From: Ministeria vibrans ATCC 50519
Lineage: Eukaryota; Protista; Filasterea
Length of the DNA: 32,806 nt
Direction: 5' to 3'
NCBI GenBank assembly: GCA_943704425.1
Contig: CALSCP010001130.1
Coordinates: 1 to 32,806, forward strand
A program made the position numbers and the translations under genes. Every line of letters begins with the position of its first letter. The first letter of the stretch is position 1. This document shows, piece after piece, positions 13,625 through 23,186 of this stretch. The notes under the pieces are model-generated. The model was not told where the DNA came from. It worked only from the letters and a program-made list of their open reading frames with translations, and ran no database searches.

Positions 13625-14556
13625 AAGAACCAAAGTGATTGAGAGAGAGAGAAAAGAAAGAAACAAAGTGATAGAGAGAGAGAAGGAGAAGGCAGAAGAG
13701 TAGAAATGAGACAATAATAATAATAAAAATATAATAATAATAATAATAACAACAACAACAGAGCTATTATTGCGCTTGACAGTAACTCTTTTGATCAGGA
13801 CACTTGTGTAGGTGGCTACCGGAAGGAAAGGACGAGGCGACATCGACAAAGGCTTCAGTGATACAGTATGGAATGTCATAGCGATGGCCAAGAGACTACA
13901 AGGAAAGATGCGGTGGCGGGGAGTGAGGTGAGTGGGGAGAGAGGGGTTTGTGTTGATCGTTGTACGTGATGGGGAGTGTTTCGCTCGGCGGGCTCCATGC
14001 TTAATAAAGGGCTCTCAAGCTCACTTCTGTATCCGACGGACTCGGAAGAGACGGCGCGCAGAAGAGGATGCAGCGACTGGACGATGGCATCCTGGGGCGG
14101 AAGGAAGGGGCAAGAGTGAGGACGACCACATCAAAAGGGCGACGGAACTGACAACGACATCGTTACCTTGACGCGGCTGTTGCGGGCACGCACATACTCG
14201 TGCCAACAGTGTTCTAATTCGTTTTCGTCGACGCTGCCCGACTCGGCGAATATGCTGAAAGGGAGAGGAGAGAAGAGAGAGAAAGAGAGAAAGAGAAATA
14301 GAGAGAGACAGATGAGAATAAACCCAATGAAGAGGGGGCAGTTGAGCCAAGCAGACAGGTGTGTGTGTGTGGGTGGGGATGGGAGCCACGCGGGGTCGGC
14401 CAGCAGGCAGGGCGGCGGGGGGTGTCCAGAGGGGAGTGCGTACCTGACGGGAAGCGGAAGACGACTGCATTGCGTGCAAGCGGCGTTTTCGGCGAGCGGG
14501 GTGGCCCCGTCGGAGGAGTCAGTCTCCGGCTTGCCACGCCGTTTGAGCCACTGCAT
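1604..14556 (-). CDS. Neurobeachin-like (NBEAL1/2-type) BEACH-domain protein, about 3944 aa
   Basis: Exons 14556-14444, 14254-14167, [14091-14025 uncertain], 13895-13820, 13508-2404, 2330-2169, 2081-1927, 1739-1604 (TAA); all GT-AG with consistent phases if the bracketed exon is skipped. Motifs: ConA/LamG [105 protein letters not shown] and DPSGVVDKFHYGSHYS, WD40 SGGHWD and LVTGSRDTT. The 5' exons are less certain. Confidence 0.93.
1783..1807. repeat. Short interstitial telomere-type repeats (CCCTAA) in the last BEACH-gene intron
   Basis: AGGGTTAACCCTAACCCTAATCCTA. Confidence 0.75.
1826..1914. repeat. (CA)n microsatellite, intronic
   Basis: Directly visible. Confidence 0.95.
2363..2384 (-). 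repeat. Interstitial telomere-type repeat GGGG(TTAGGG)3 in a BEACH-gene intron
   Basis: CCCTAACCCTAACCCTAACCCC on the + strand. Confidence 0.9.
13531..13760. repeat. Compound (GA)n plus (AAT)n/(AAC)n microsatellite in BEACH-gene intron 13819-13509
   Basis: Directly visible; it produces the spurious LLLL/LSLSLS N-terminus of the 3793-aa ORF. Confidence 0.95.
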
Positions 14557-14655
14557 CACAACTATTGAGAAATAATGAGAAGTAAGAATGAAATTCTTTT
14601 ACAAAAAGAAGTCAACAACTCGATTGATTCTACAAATTTCACTCAAGGGTGGCAA

Positions 14656-14696
<41 letters not shown>

Positions 14697-14925
14697 AGAA
14701 AGTCAAGTCGAGAGCTAGTGTGGGCTGTCTGAGACGGTTGGTCTGATCAGCCAGCAGGAGAATACAATAATTAAATTAATTGTATTATTGGTCGAGGCGG
14801 TTTATGATGATGGCGGTGAGACAGAAAGCGACGAAGGAGTTGGTTGCTTTCATTTGTACAACGGACAGGTAAAGGGCCAAGGAGCAAGGTTGAGGTGGGA
14901 GGAATCGCATGAGGACTGACTGAGG

Positions 14926-15747
14926 CTAGGGATAGGCTTCGTTGACGTCGCCTGGCTTGTAGCAGCCGACGCCGCCAAGCCCGCAGTATCCGTCGACGTT
15001 CTTCGCCAAGTATTGCTGATGGTAATCTAGACACATCGACGAGAAGGGGTGAGACAGCAGCGCAACAAAGACGAGCGCACGATGGCGAGTTCACCTTCGG
15101 CAAAGTAGAACGGGGGCACAGGGGCGATTTGGGTGACAATCTTGCCAAAGCCCTTTTCGGAAAGACGCTTCTGGAAGGCATCGCGGGTGGCCAGGGCGAG
15201 CTTCTGCTGTGCGTCGGAGTAGAAGAAGATGGCGCCGCGGTACTGGGTGCCCTTGTCGCCGCCCTGGCGGTTCAGCTGGGTGGGGTCGTGGTTGGCCCAG
15301 AACACGTCGAGCATCGCTTTGTACGTCGTCTTGGACGGGTCAAAGATGACTCGGACAACCTCGGCGTGGCCCGTGGTGCCCGAGCACACCTCCTTGTACG
15401 TGGGGTGCTCGAGAGAGCCGCCGGCATAGCCGACGGCGGTTGAAACCACTCCGGCTTGCTGGAAGAACTTCCGCTCGGCGCCTGACGAGAAGGGAAGGAG
15501 ACTAGCGTGAGCCGGCTCGGCGGGACGAGGTTACTATCGTACCCCAAAAGCAGCCCAGGCCAAACATGGCGCGCTCCATCCCCGCGAACTCTCCGTCGAG
15601 CGGCGCAGACAGGACGAAATGACGGTCGGGAACTTGAATGGGATTACGGGCCATCGAGCTTGTCGAGAAGCAGGAAGCAGAAGAGAGGGCGGAAAGTGTA
15701 AAGAGTGTGAGGGTTTGGCGGAATGATTGACTCCAACGACTCAGCAT
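14926..15747 (-). CDS. MSRA: Peptide methionine sulfoxide reductase A, about 230 aa, with a probable mitochondrial presequence
   Basis: Exons 15747-15543, 15481-15095, 15026-14926. Catalytic GCFWG spans intron 1; also [56 protein letters not shown] and GYCG. Confidence 0.96.
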
Positions 15748-15940
15748 AAAATTGTTATTAATTTTTATTGTTATTAATTGTTTCACTGATCACTCCACGA
15801 TCACTCATTGACCATTGTGTCATTCACTTTCCTCGCCTCGTTCGACTTGAATTTGACTCAATAATCAATTCATTTAGTAGTCGAGACCCACGTGGCGTTG
15901 TGTATATACATTTATATTGTATATAATTTGATATTTCGCG

Positions 15941-17391
15941 ATGGCACATCCCAGGCGCAAATATGACCTGGTGGAGATCGACCAAGTGCCCGTTTATGTT
16001 CAGAGACCTCATATTATGTAAGAGAAGAAAGACCGGGATGAGAGGATGAGGAAAGGCGTGGCGGGGTGGGGGGGTACTTTTCTCTAACTCCTGAGTTGNN
16101 NNNNNNNNGGGGGGGGGGATCGGCTGATGTGATGCGAGGCAAGTCATGCCTTTGCCATTGCACGTGGAATTGGCGCTGCTGGGCCGCATTCCCGCTGGCT
16201 TGGGATGCATGGTAGAGGGAGTTGTTGTTGGGGATGCGACCGCGGGAGGTACGCGTGCCCGATCTGTTGACTTTTTCTGCGTTTCGTTGCAGAAGCGGCT
16301 ATCGACCGGAGATTCCCGAGTGGGACTGGACCCTCTCGACCTTTCTCACCATGCACAACGAGACGATCAACATCTGGACACATTTCTTGTCTCTCCTGGG
16401 CTTTGTTGTGTCTGCTGTGTACCAGTTGGAGGCGTCGTGGAACGATCCGTCGGACGTGATCGCCGCCTGGCTGCTCTTCTACGGCACCACCTGCTTCTGC
16501 TTCCTCGGCTCCACGACGTACCATCTGATGCAATGCCACTCGTCGCGCGTGTACCACTTTGCAGTCAAGTTTGACTACGTCGGCATCTTCTTTATGATCT
16601 CAGGCTGTTCAGTCTCCACTCTGCGCTTCGCTCTGTACTGCTATCCTTTTCACGTTTACTACATGGTAAGAGATTATTATTTTTACATTTTCTTATTATT
16701 ATTAATATTATTAATATTATTATTATTATTATTAATATTAATATAATATTCTTATTCTTATTCTTATTCTCATTCTTATTATTATTTTGAACTGTGGTGT
16801 GTATGTCTCATCAGTTTTTATTATTTCTCACTATCACTTTGCTCATTATATTTTCTTTCTTTTTTCATTCTTTCTCTATCTCTCTATCACTCGGTTTACT
16901 CTCCCTCTTCTCTCGCTTGAAGGTGGCTATTTTAATTGTATGCTCGGTGGGTTGTGTGCTTGCTGTGCTTCCCATTTTTGATGCGCCACGATTCCGTCCG
17001 ACACGCCTCGCCTATTACACGGGAACGGTACGATCAAATCCATTTTTATTGGTCATGGTACAATAAAATGAAATTTTATTGATAATTTATTCTGGCATTA
17101 TAGGTTGCACTTGCACTTCTGTCGGCTGTGCACGGCAGTGTCTACCTGGGCATGTCGTTTCTGTTGCGCTTCTCCGGTCTGGTCGGTCTATACCTGGTTG
17201 GCCTTGTGTTCCTGGGAAGTCGGTTTCCCGAGTGCCGTTGCCACCGTCGCTTTGACAATGTGTGTGCGTCTCATCAGATTTGGCATGTCTTTGTGACGCT
17301 GGGTGCGCTGTGGAACCTCAGTGGTATGCAGCTTTACTACGAGCAGGTCATGCCCTTTGTGACGGGCGCACAGAGTTGCCCTGCCCTCTGA
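15941..17391 (+). CDS. PAQR / hemolysin-III family membrane protein (adiponectin-receptor/Izh-like), about 280 aa
   Basis: Exons 15941-16017, 16293-16665, 16923-17027, 17104-17391 join in frame. Motifs PHIISGYR, HNETINIWTH, SxxxH (GSTTYH), KFDYVGI, SRFPE and ASHQIWHVFV (Zn-binding HxxxH). Confidence 0.92.
16672..16786. repeat. (ATT)n/(ATTCTT)n low-complexity tract in PAQR intron 2
   Basis: Directly visible. Confidence 0.9.
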
Positions 17392-17678
17392 TGCCGGTTT
17401 GGGCATGCGCGTTGCAACTGATGTATCATAATATTACAAGACAATAATAATTATTGTTCTTGACTGATAAAAACATAATTATTATTATGACGTTTTATTT
17501 GTTTTCGCTTGTTTTGGCACTGAGTACAATATAATTTTTCGCTTTCGTGTTTAATAATAATAATACTAAAAATGCGAACAATAAGAATGTATATTATTAT
17601 TATTATTATTTTGCTGATATTTTTGTTGATATTTTTGAAAGTTAGCCTTTTTTGGTATGTTCAGAAAAGTTCGTTGGA

Positions 17679-19700
17679 CTAGTAGCACTGAAGAGTGGAG
17701 GAGCGAAGAGACGAAGAGAGGGCAAGAACACGCACAACGTCGACAATGGCGCGCGCATTTTGGTCGAGCACTGTGCGGTCAACGTTGCGTGCTGTGTCGC
17801 ACTTTTGGTGGTAGCACGGGTCAAATGCAGTGTTGGCGACACCACCAAAAATGTCGCGTTCTTTGGGAGTCTTGAGCACTTCGGCGCCCGTGTCGAGGCC
17901 ACCCGCCGGCACACCTGCCTCGATAAAAGGCCCATAGTCGGAGCGCCCGTTGAAGTTGGAGGCGAACGTGGGCAGTCCGATGGCATTAAAATGATCGTTG
18001 AAGAGTTGCTCGACGCACGTCGAGCCGAGATGCACTTCATGGCCATAGTCGCTGAGGACGGTGGGTGCACTGCCGTGGTACACGCCACGAATGGCATTGG
18101 GTGAGGCAGTCATGTCAAAGTTGAGATAGATTGCAATATCTCCAAGAGTCCCCGCCTCCTGTTGTTTCTTCACATATCGCGTTGAGCCAATTAGCCCCAA
18201 TTCTTCGGCAGACCACCAGCAAAAGCGGACCCTAAAATAAAATAATAAATAAGATTATTTGCGATAGTGTCACCAGACAACAAAAGTACAAGTGAAATTA
18301 CTATCCAGCAAGGGAATCACACCGGGTGCACCACACACACAAACAAAAAAACAAACTAACAAAACAGACAAACAAAACAAACAAACAAACAAACAAACAA
18401 ACAAACAAAACAAACAAACAAAAACGTACTGGTTCTGCAGACGAGTAGACCAGCCGTGTTGGGCCATTTGAATGGCAAATTCAAGGATGGTCATAGCACC
18501 CGAGCCATTGTCGTTGATGCCAGGACCCGCATCAACAGAGTCCAAGTGAGCACCCACAAGCACCACATTGGAGGGGGCGCCTGAAGGCGAGTCAGCACAC
18601 ACATTTTGAGAGTAGCCAATGTCGACGACACCCCAACTGCGCATGCGGACAACGGGAGAGTCTTGAGCCGCGAGTTGTTCACCGAGCGAACGGGTCAATG
18701 TAAATGCAGGAACATTGGGATGGTAGTAATCTTCGGTGAGTGTCCCATGAATGACTAAGAGAGAGGGAAAAAGAATAAGGGTGTAACAAGAGAAGGCGAG
18801 TCTATTGACGACTATGGACTGCTCTTTGTTCTATTGGCTAACCTGAGGCGGAATCATGACTGTCGTAGATGAGGACACCAGCAACATCAAGTAGATCGAT
18901 TGCAATATTCGCCTTTTCATGGAAAGTGCAGCCTCCTCGCTCGAACAACATGATGGTGCCGACAGTGTTTGAATTGAGGAGGGATGTGTAGTGCGATGCA
19001 TTGCAACCTGTGAGTTGTGAAAGAGGAAAGGAAAGAGGAGAAAATGAGAAAGAGAGAAGCGATGTTGTCCGGATTCACCTGTGAGGCCCTGAGGCATAAG
19101 AGTGAGATTGCCTTGCACGTCGCCGGCGCCCTCAAAGGAAAGAGGGTAGAAGTCTGTGCCGTGTGTGTAGTTGACAAAGGTGGGCAAGACTGACATGAAC
19201 TGTGCAGGGAATTGTTCGGTTGGGACGGCGAGGCGAAAGTGTTCTTCGTAAACAACAAAGTCTGTGTAGAGACGCAGCTCCTCGGCGACATAGGCGGAGC
19301 TCATGTTGAGACCGGTATTGACGGAACGTGACCCACTGTTGAGCGCAGCAATGTACTCCAAGTGCTCGAGACGTGTGATGATGGACTGTGACTCGACCAT
19401 GGGTTGCCAATTCGTTTCCGAGACCTGTTCCGACGTATTCTCGTCGTGCGAGGCCGGGTCGTCGTGTCCAAGGGTCGCAGCACGGCCGTAAGCAACGACT
19501 GCGACAAGAAGGAGGGTGGAGAGAACGACGATGGCGATGGTACGCGGATCGCGAATCCAACTCGTCTTCTTCTTGTTCGCTGCGAGTCCACCATCGTCGA
19601 CAGTGAGAGGCATCATGGGATGCGCCTGATCGTCAACGTCAACAACGTGCTCATCCAAATGAATGTCGTCGTCATCGTGGTTAGTCAAGAGACGGCTCAT
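17679..19700 (-). CDS. PA-domain M28 zinc aminopeptidase (aminopeptidase Y/SGAP-like) with an N-terminal transmembrane anchor, about 554 aa
   Basis: Exons 19700-19079, 19007-18843, 18754-18430, 18231-17679. PA domain ERGGCTFHEK; metal and catalytic motifs GAHLDSV, PGINDNGSG, WWSAEELGLIGS, YLNFDM, GRSDYGPF and DPCYHQKCD. TM segment IAIVVLSTLLLVAVVAY. Confidence 0.93.
18339..18424. repeat. (AAAC)n microsatellite in peptidase intron 3
   Basis: Directly visible. Confidence 0.92.
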
Positions 19701-19870
19701 GGTTGTTTTGGGTTGTTCTTATTTGGGGGAGGAGAGGAAGACTGGAAGAGAGAGAAAAAGAATGAATATTATTAGTAATAATTATTCGTAAACTGTAAAG
19801 ATGATAAATAGCAAATAGTACTTCGGTACTTCGTACTTCGTACGGAGTAGTAATACGTAAGTAGTACGTA

Positions 19871-19944
19871 TAGCGTAGACTGGCGGTGTACGGTCTGTGA
19901 AAGTAGACGAAATTCCGTCATCAAGAAAAATCGGGTTCGAATCC
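19871..19944 (+). promoter_or_regulatory. Pol III type-2 promoter-like A box and B box without a cloverleaf
   Basis: TAGCGTAGACTGG (19871-19883) and GGTTCGAATCC (19934-19944). Confidence 0.4.
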
Positions 19945-20158
19945 GGTTCAGGACGTGTTTTACACAGGCTTTACTAACTTATTTTTCTCGACTTCAGTTT
20001 CGGTTTGAGGAACTTTCTATTTTTTTTTTTTGGTCTATGCAATGGTATGACAGACGACATACTCATCCATCGATGATTCTGAGATGGCTACAAACAATAC
20101 AGCGGAGTGTGTGTGTGTGTGTGTACTGGCTATTTACAGGAGAACGGAGTGTGCCGTT

Positions 20159-21786
20159 TCAGTGTCGTGAGTTGCGCTTGGCATACTTCTCTTCTTCTTC
20201 GACCGTTGCCGGGTCAAAGTGGAAGATTTTACGAAGCTCTTCGTACACCAGGAATGTTACAGCGTTCACTAAGCACACGCAAAACAGTCAGCTTTTGAAG
20301 AGACACACATGCACACTCAAGAATAATCACGCGGAATGTGGCGAGCGAGCGTTCTTTCTTACCGGGAAACGCTAAATGGCAAAGAGAAACAACAGACAGT
20401 GACAGAGATGACACAGAACATAGGGGAGGAGAGAGAGAGAAACAAAAGCGGGTGAGCGAGGGTGCGGAAAAAATGATTTACAAGAAAGAAAGAAACCTCT
20501 GAAGATGGTGGCGCCAAGACCACGAGTGAAGACACGGGCGCCGCCCTCCGCATAGGTGCGTCTGCAACAGTCAACAAAGCCGGCGTAGGGAAGTTCCTTG
20601 GAGGAGACCGTCTGGATTTGCAGACGGGTCTTGACAATGTCCACGGGGTAAACGGCGAACCAGGTAGCAACGCCGGCAACACCACCAGCCAGCAACTGAC
20701 CCATCACTGTCAGATGTCCCCCACACACCTTTTCACGGATAGTTTCGCGTGACCACTCGTACGACGCGTAGTACAGACCATACGAAGGCATATCGCGGAG
20801 AAGAGTGACGTTGAAGCCGCGAAAGAGCGAGCGCAGACCGCCAGTTTTGAAAAGATTACGAGCGACGCGCAGTGTCGACTCGCCGCCCTTTTGACGGTCC
20901 ACCTGCTGAAGCACCTTGATCAACTCAATGGGAGTCGTTACAAAGGTACAGAGACCACCGGCAATGGCACCCGCCACAAACGTGTTGAGGCCAGCGTCAC
21001 GAGAGCGTGCCTGAGTGTGGTCTTGATTGTCGTTGAGGTAGCGTAATGTCGCATCGTACGAGACGAAGAGAATCGCATTCTGAAAGGTCGCGCCCACGGC
21101 CGGTGGATAAAAGCCCTTGAAGAGACCGAGAAACTGAAGAAAACGAAGGAGGAGGAGGAGGCGACGATGCGATGTGATGAGTGAGTGACGACACAACGGC
21201 AAGCATGTGCACGCGGAACCGATACGGACACATCGCGGAGGCAAGCGAGGCGGGGAGGGGGATCAGTCTCGACGCAGCACAGCAAGTGCAATTGTTCCCG
21301 ATGAATGAGACTGGGGCAAGTGGATGGGAGTGGGCAGGAGGCAGTGTGGCGTGACGGGATGACGACGAGTTTGAAAATAGTGTCACGGTGTGCCGCACGA
21401 CTCACAGAGGGAAATGCACATCCAAGTCAAGACACCGTTGAGTTCATGCAAAGCAGAGTGGGCATAGGGAACTGCGCATAAATCCACGGTACCGTTGGCA
21501 ATGCGAGACGCTTCCACTTTTTTTTTTTCTCGATTTTTTTTAATCTCTCTCTCCTTACGCCTTCTTGTTTGACTGTGCGAGCCAAACAGTCCACAAATCC
21601 CTTGTACTGATACCCTGTTGAGGACTGCGTCTGAAGTCTACACGCGGCGGGGCGTTGAGCGGCGACGATGGCGCGCAACAGACTCGCTCACCTGATTCGC
21701 GTCGTATCGAGCGGCTGGCCCACAAAGATGCCAAAGGCACCAGCAATTCCGCCACAAACTAGTTCATGAAAGGCAGAGATGGTCAT
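20159..21786 (-). CDS. Mitochondrial carrier (SLC25), amino-acid/carnitine clade (SLC25A20/29/45/48-like), about 309 aa
   Basis: Exons 21786-21692, 21637-21559, 21133-20497, 20371-20363 (9 nt), 20268-20159. Three Px[DE]xx[KR] signatures (PLDTTR, PIELIK, PVDIVK), EGxxxxFKG/TRG motifs, RDMPSYGLY and RAFPVNAVTFLVYE. Confidence 0.93.
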
Positions 21787-21922
21787 AGAACAGAAATGTT
21801 TTGTAATTTGTATCTTTTAATCTTTAATCGTTCTTAGATTTGAATTTTTGATGATTATCAAACAATATTTTTTTTACTGTCATCAGTTGTATACCGACCC
21901 AGGCTTTGCAGCGTCCGCTTTA

Positions 21923-22843
21923 ATGCTGAGCAACGTGTCTGAGAATGATATCCAGTCGGCGCAGTCGGCGTGGGCAGGTGACGCCGACGAGCACCATCGC
22001 CAGTCTTGTTCGACCGTTGAGCCGTTGAATGGAAAACAACGCGGCGAGACATTACCGACAATCCATTGCGACGCCTACGTCTACGACGAGAATGCGTTGG
22101 GGGACGCGGAGGGAGCGAGCGGCGACCAGACGCCTGATGACTCGGGCATTTTCGACGATTATGGGTCACCTGAATTTTCAAACGCAAAAAAACAACACGC
22201 AACGCCCACGCGCCGCATTGAGCCCGACGTTGATCTCGATGCCATGCAACAGGTTCTACGAAAGCTCATGGGTGTCATTATGGACCAGAGGGCCGCACAG
22301 GTGCCACAGCGGCGGCGAGGCGAGACTGAAATTTCAAAACTGCTTTTTAACGGACACGTCTTCCGAAAATGCTCCAACGTTCTGGGCGAGTCGGCGGGCC
22401 AGGCCTTCCAGAGCGCCATTGAAGCGGTGAAGTTGCAACGGCAGGCGAATCCGCCTGCTTCGCCGCCGCCACCACCACCGACTGCAAGTGCGCGAAAGTT
22501 GCGGTCACCGCTGGCGACCACAGCGGGAGACGCCGCGTCACTGCATGCCAGCGCAGCAGAAAATGATTCTGCAGCTGTCACAGCGGGTCTAGAGCGCATT
22601 GACTACTACGACGATGATTACGACGAGAGTGATTGCATTTGTGACGATACGCCTTTGTTGGAGCCGCTCGACGACGAGGGCACCTACGACGACGACAACG
22701 ACGATGACAACGACGACGTTGATGACAGACACAACACCTGCATTTCGTCGACCGTCTTAAACGAGTGTCGTCTTCTTGGTCTTGACGTGCTCTTGAGTCA
22801 AGCGGAGGAGGATGAGGACGATGAAGATGGCAACAACAATTGA
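21923..22843 (+). CDS. Hypothetical acidic, largely disordered protein (about 306 aa), family not recognised
   Basis: Stop-free GC-rich ORF between AT-rich flanks, first plausible ATG at 21923. The ORF is open from 21848 and a possible acceptor (ttttactgtcatcag) lies near 21886. D/E-rich C-terminus and a polyproline stretch. Confidence 0.7.
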   Translation: MLSNVSENDIQSAQSAWAGDADEHHRQSCSTVEPLNGKQRGETLPTIHCDAYVYDENALGDAEGASGDQTPDDSGIFDDYGSPEFSNAKKQHATPTRRIEPDVDLDAMQQVLRKLMGVIMDQRAAQVPQRRRGETEISKLLFNGHVFRKCSNVLGESAGQAFQSAIEAVKLQRQANPPASPPPPPPTASARKLRSPLATTAGDAASLHASAAENDSAAVTAGLERIDYYDDDYDESDCICDDTPLLEPLDDEGTYDDDNDDDNDDVDDRHNTCISSTVLNECRLLGLDVLLSQAEEDEDDEDGNNN

Positions 22844-23161
22844 GGGAAGATTGAGGGAAGGAAGATGTGTATTATTCATAGTGTATACATAAACATAATA
22901 ATTAATACGTCATAATTATTTTTGGAACTCACAAACATACTCAAGCTACGCTTGTACATACTTGAACAAAACGTAATCAACAGTCCCTCCTGGGTCCTGG
23001 CGGAGAAACAGAGTATGGCGCTCCATGATACTGTCGAGGATTGAGGTAGTGGATTCGTTTCACGTTGTCAATTGTCATATGTTTGACGTTTGTTTTGTTT
23101 AGTGTAAGTCTATCGTGTATTGCGCAAGAACTTATACTTGACAAATTGACCTGATCTTTTC

Positions 23162-23186
23162 AAAAAAAAAAAAAAAAAAAAAAAAA
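23162..23186. promoter_or_regulatory. Poly(dA)25 tract upstream of DNAJC3
   Basis: 25 consecutive A about 135 bp before the ATG. A nucleosome-excluding role is inference. Confidence 0.5.

Noticed and set aside
13509-13758. Hydrophobic LLLL/LSLSLS N-terminus of the 3793-aa ORF as a signal peptide
   Set aside because: It is a translated microsatellite intron bounded by GT (13819) and AG (13510-13509).
13875-13895. TGA readthrough or selenocysteine to rescue the BEACH exon 3-4 frame
   Set aside because: That frame has several more stops, and TGA is used as a normal stop in other genes.
19864-19960. Bona fide tRNA gene
   Set aside because: A and B boxes are present but the acceptor, T and anticodon arms do not form; kept only as an orphan element.
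23042-23063. let-7-like sequence TGAGGTAGTGGATT
   Set aside because: Only the first 9 nt match contiguously and I see no convincing precursor hairpin; compatible with chance.
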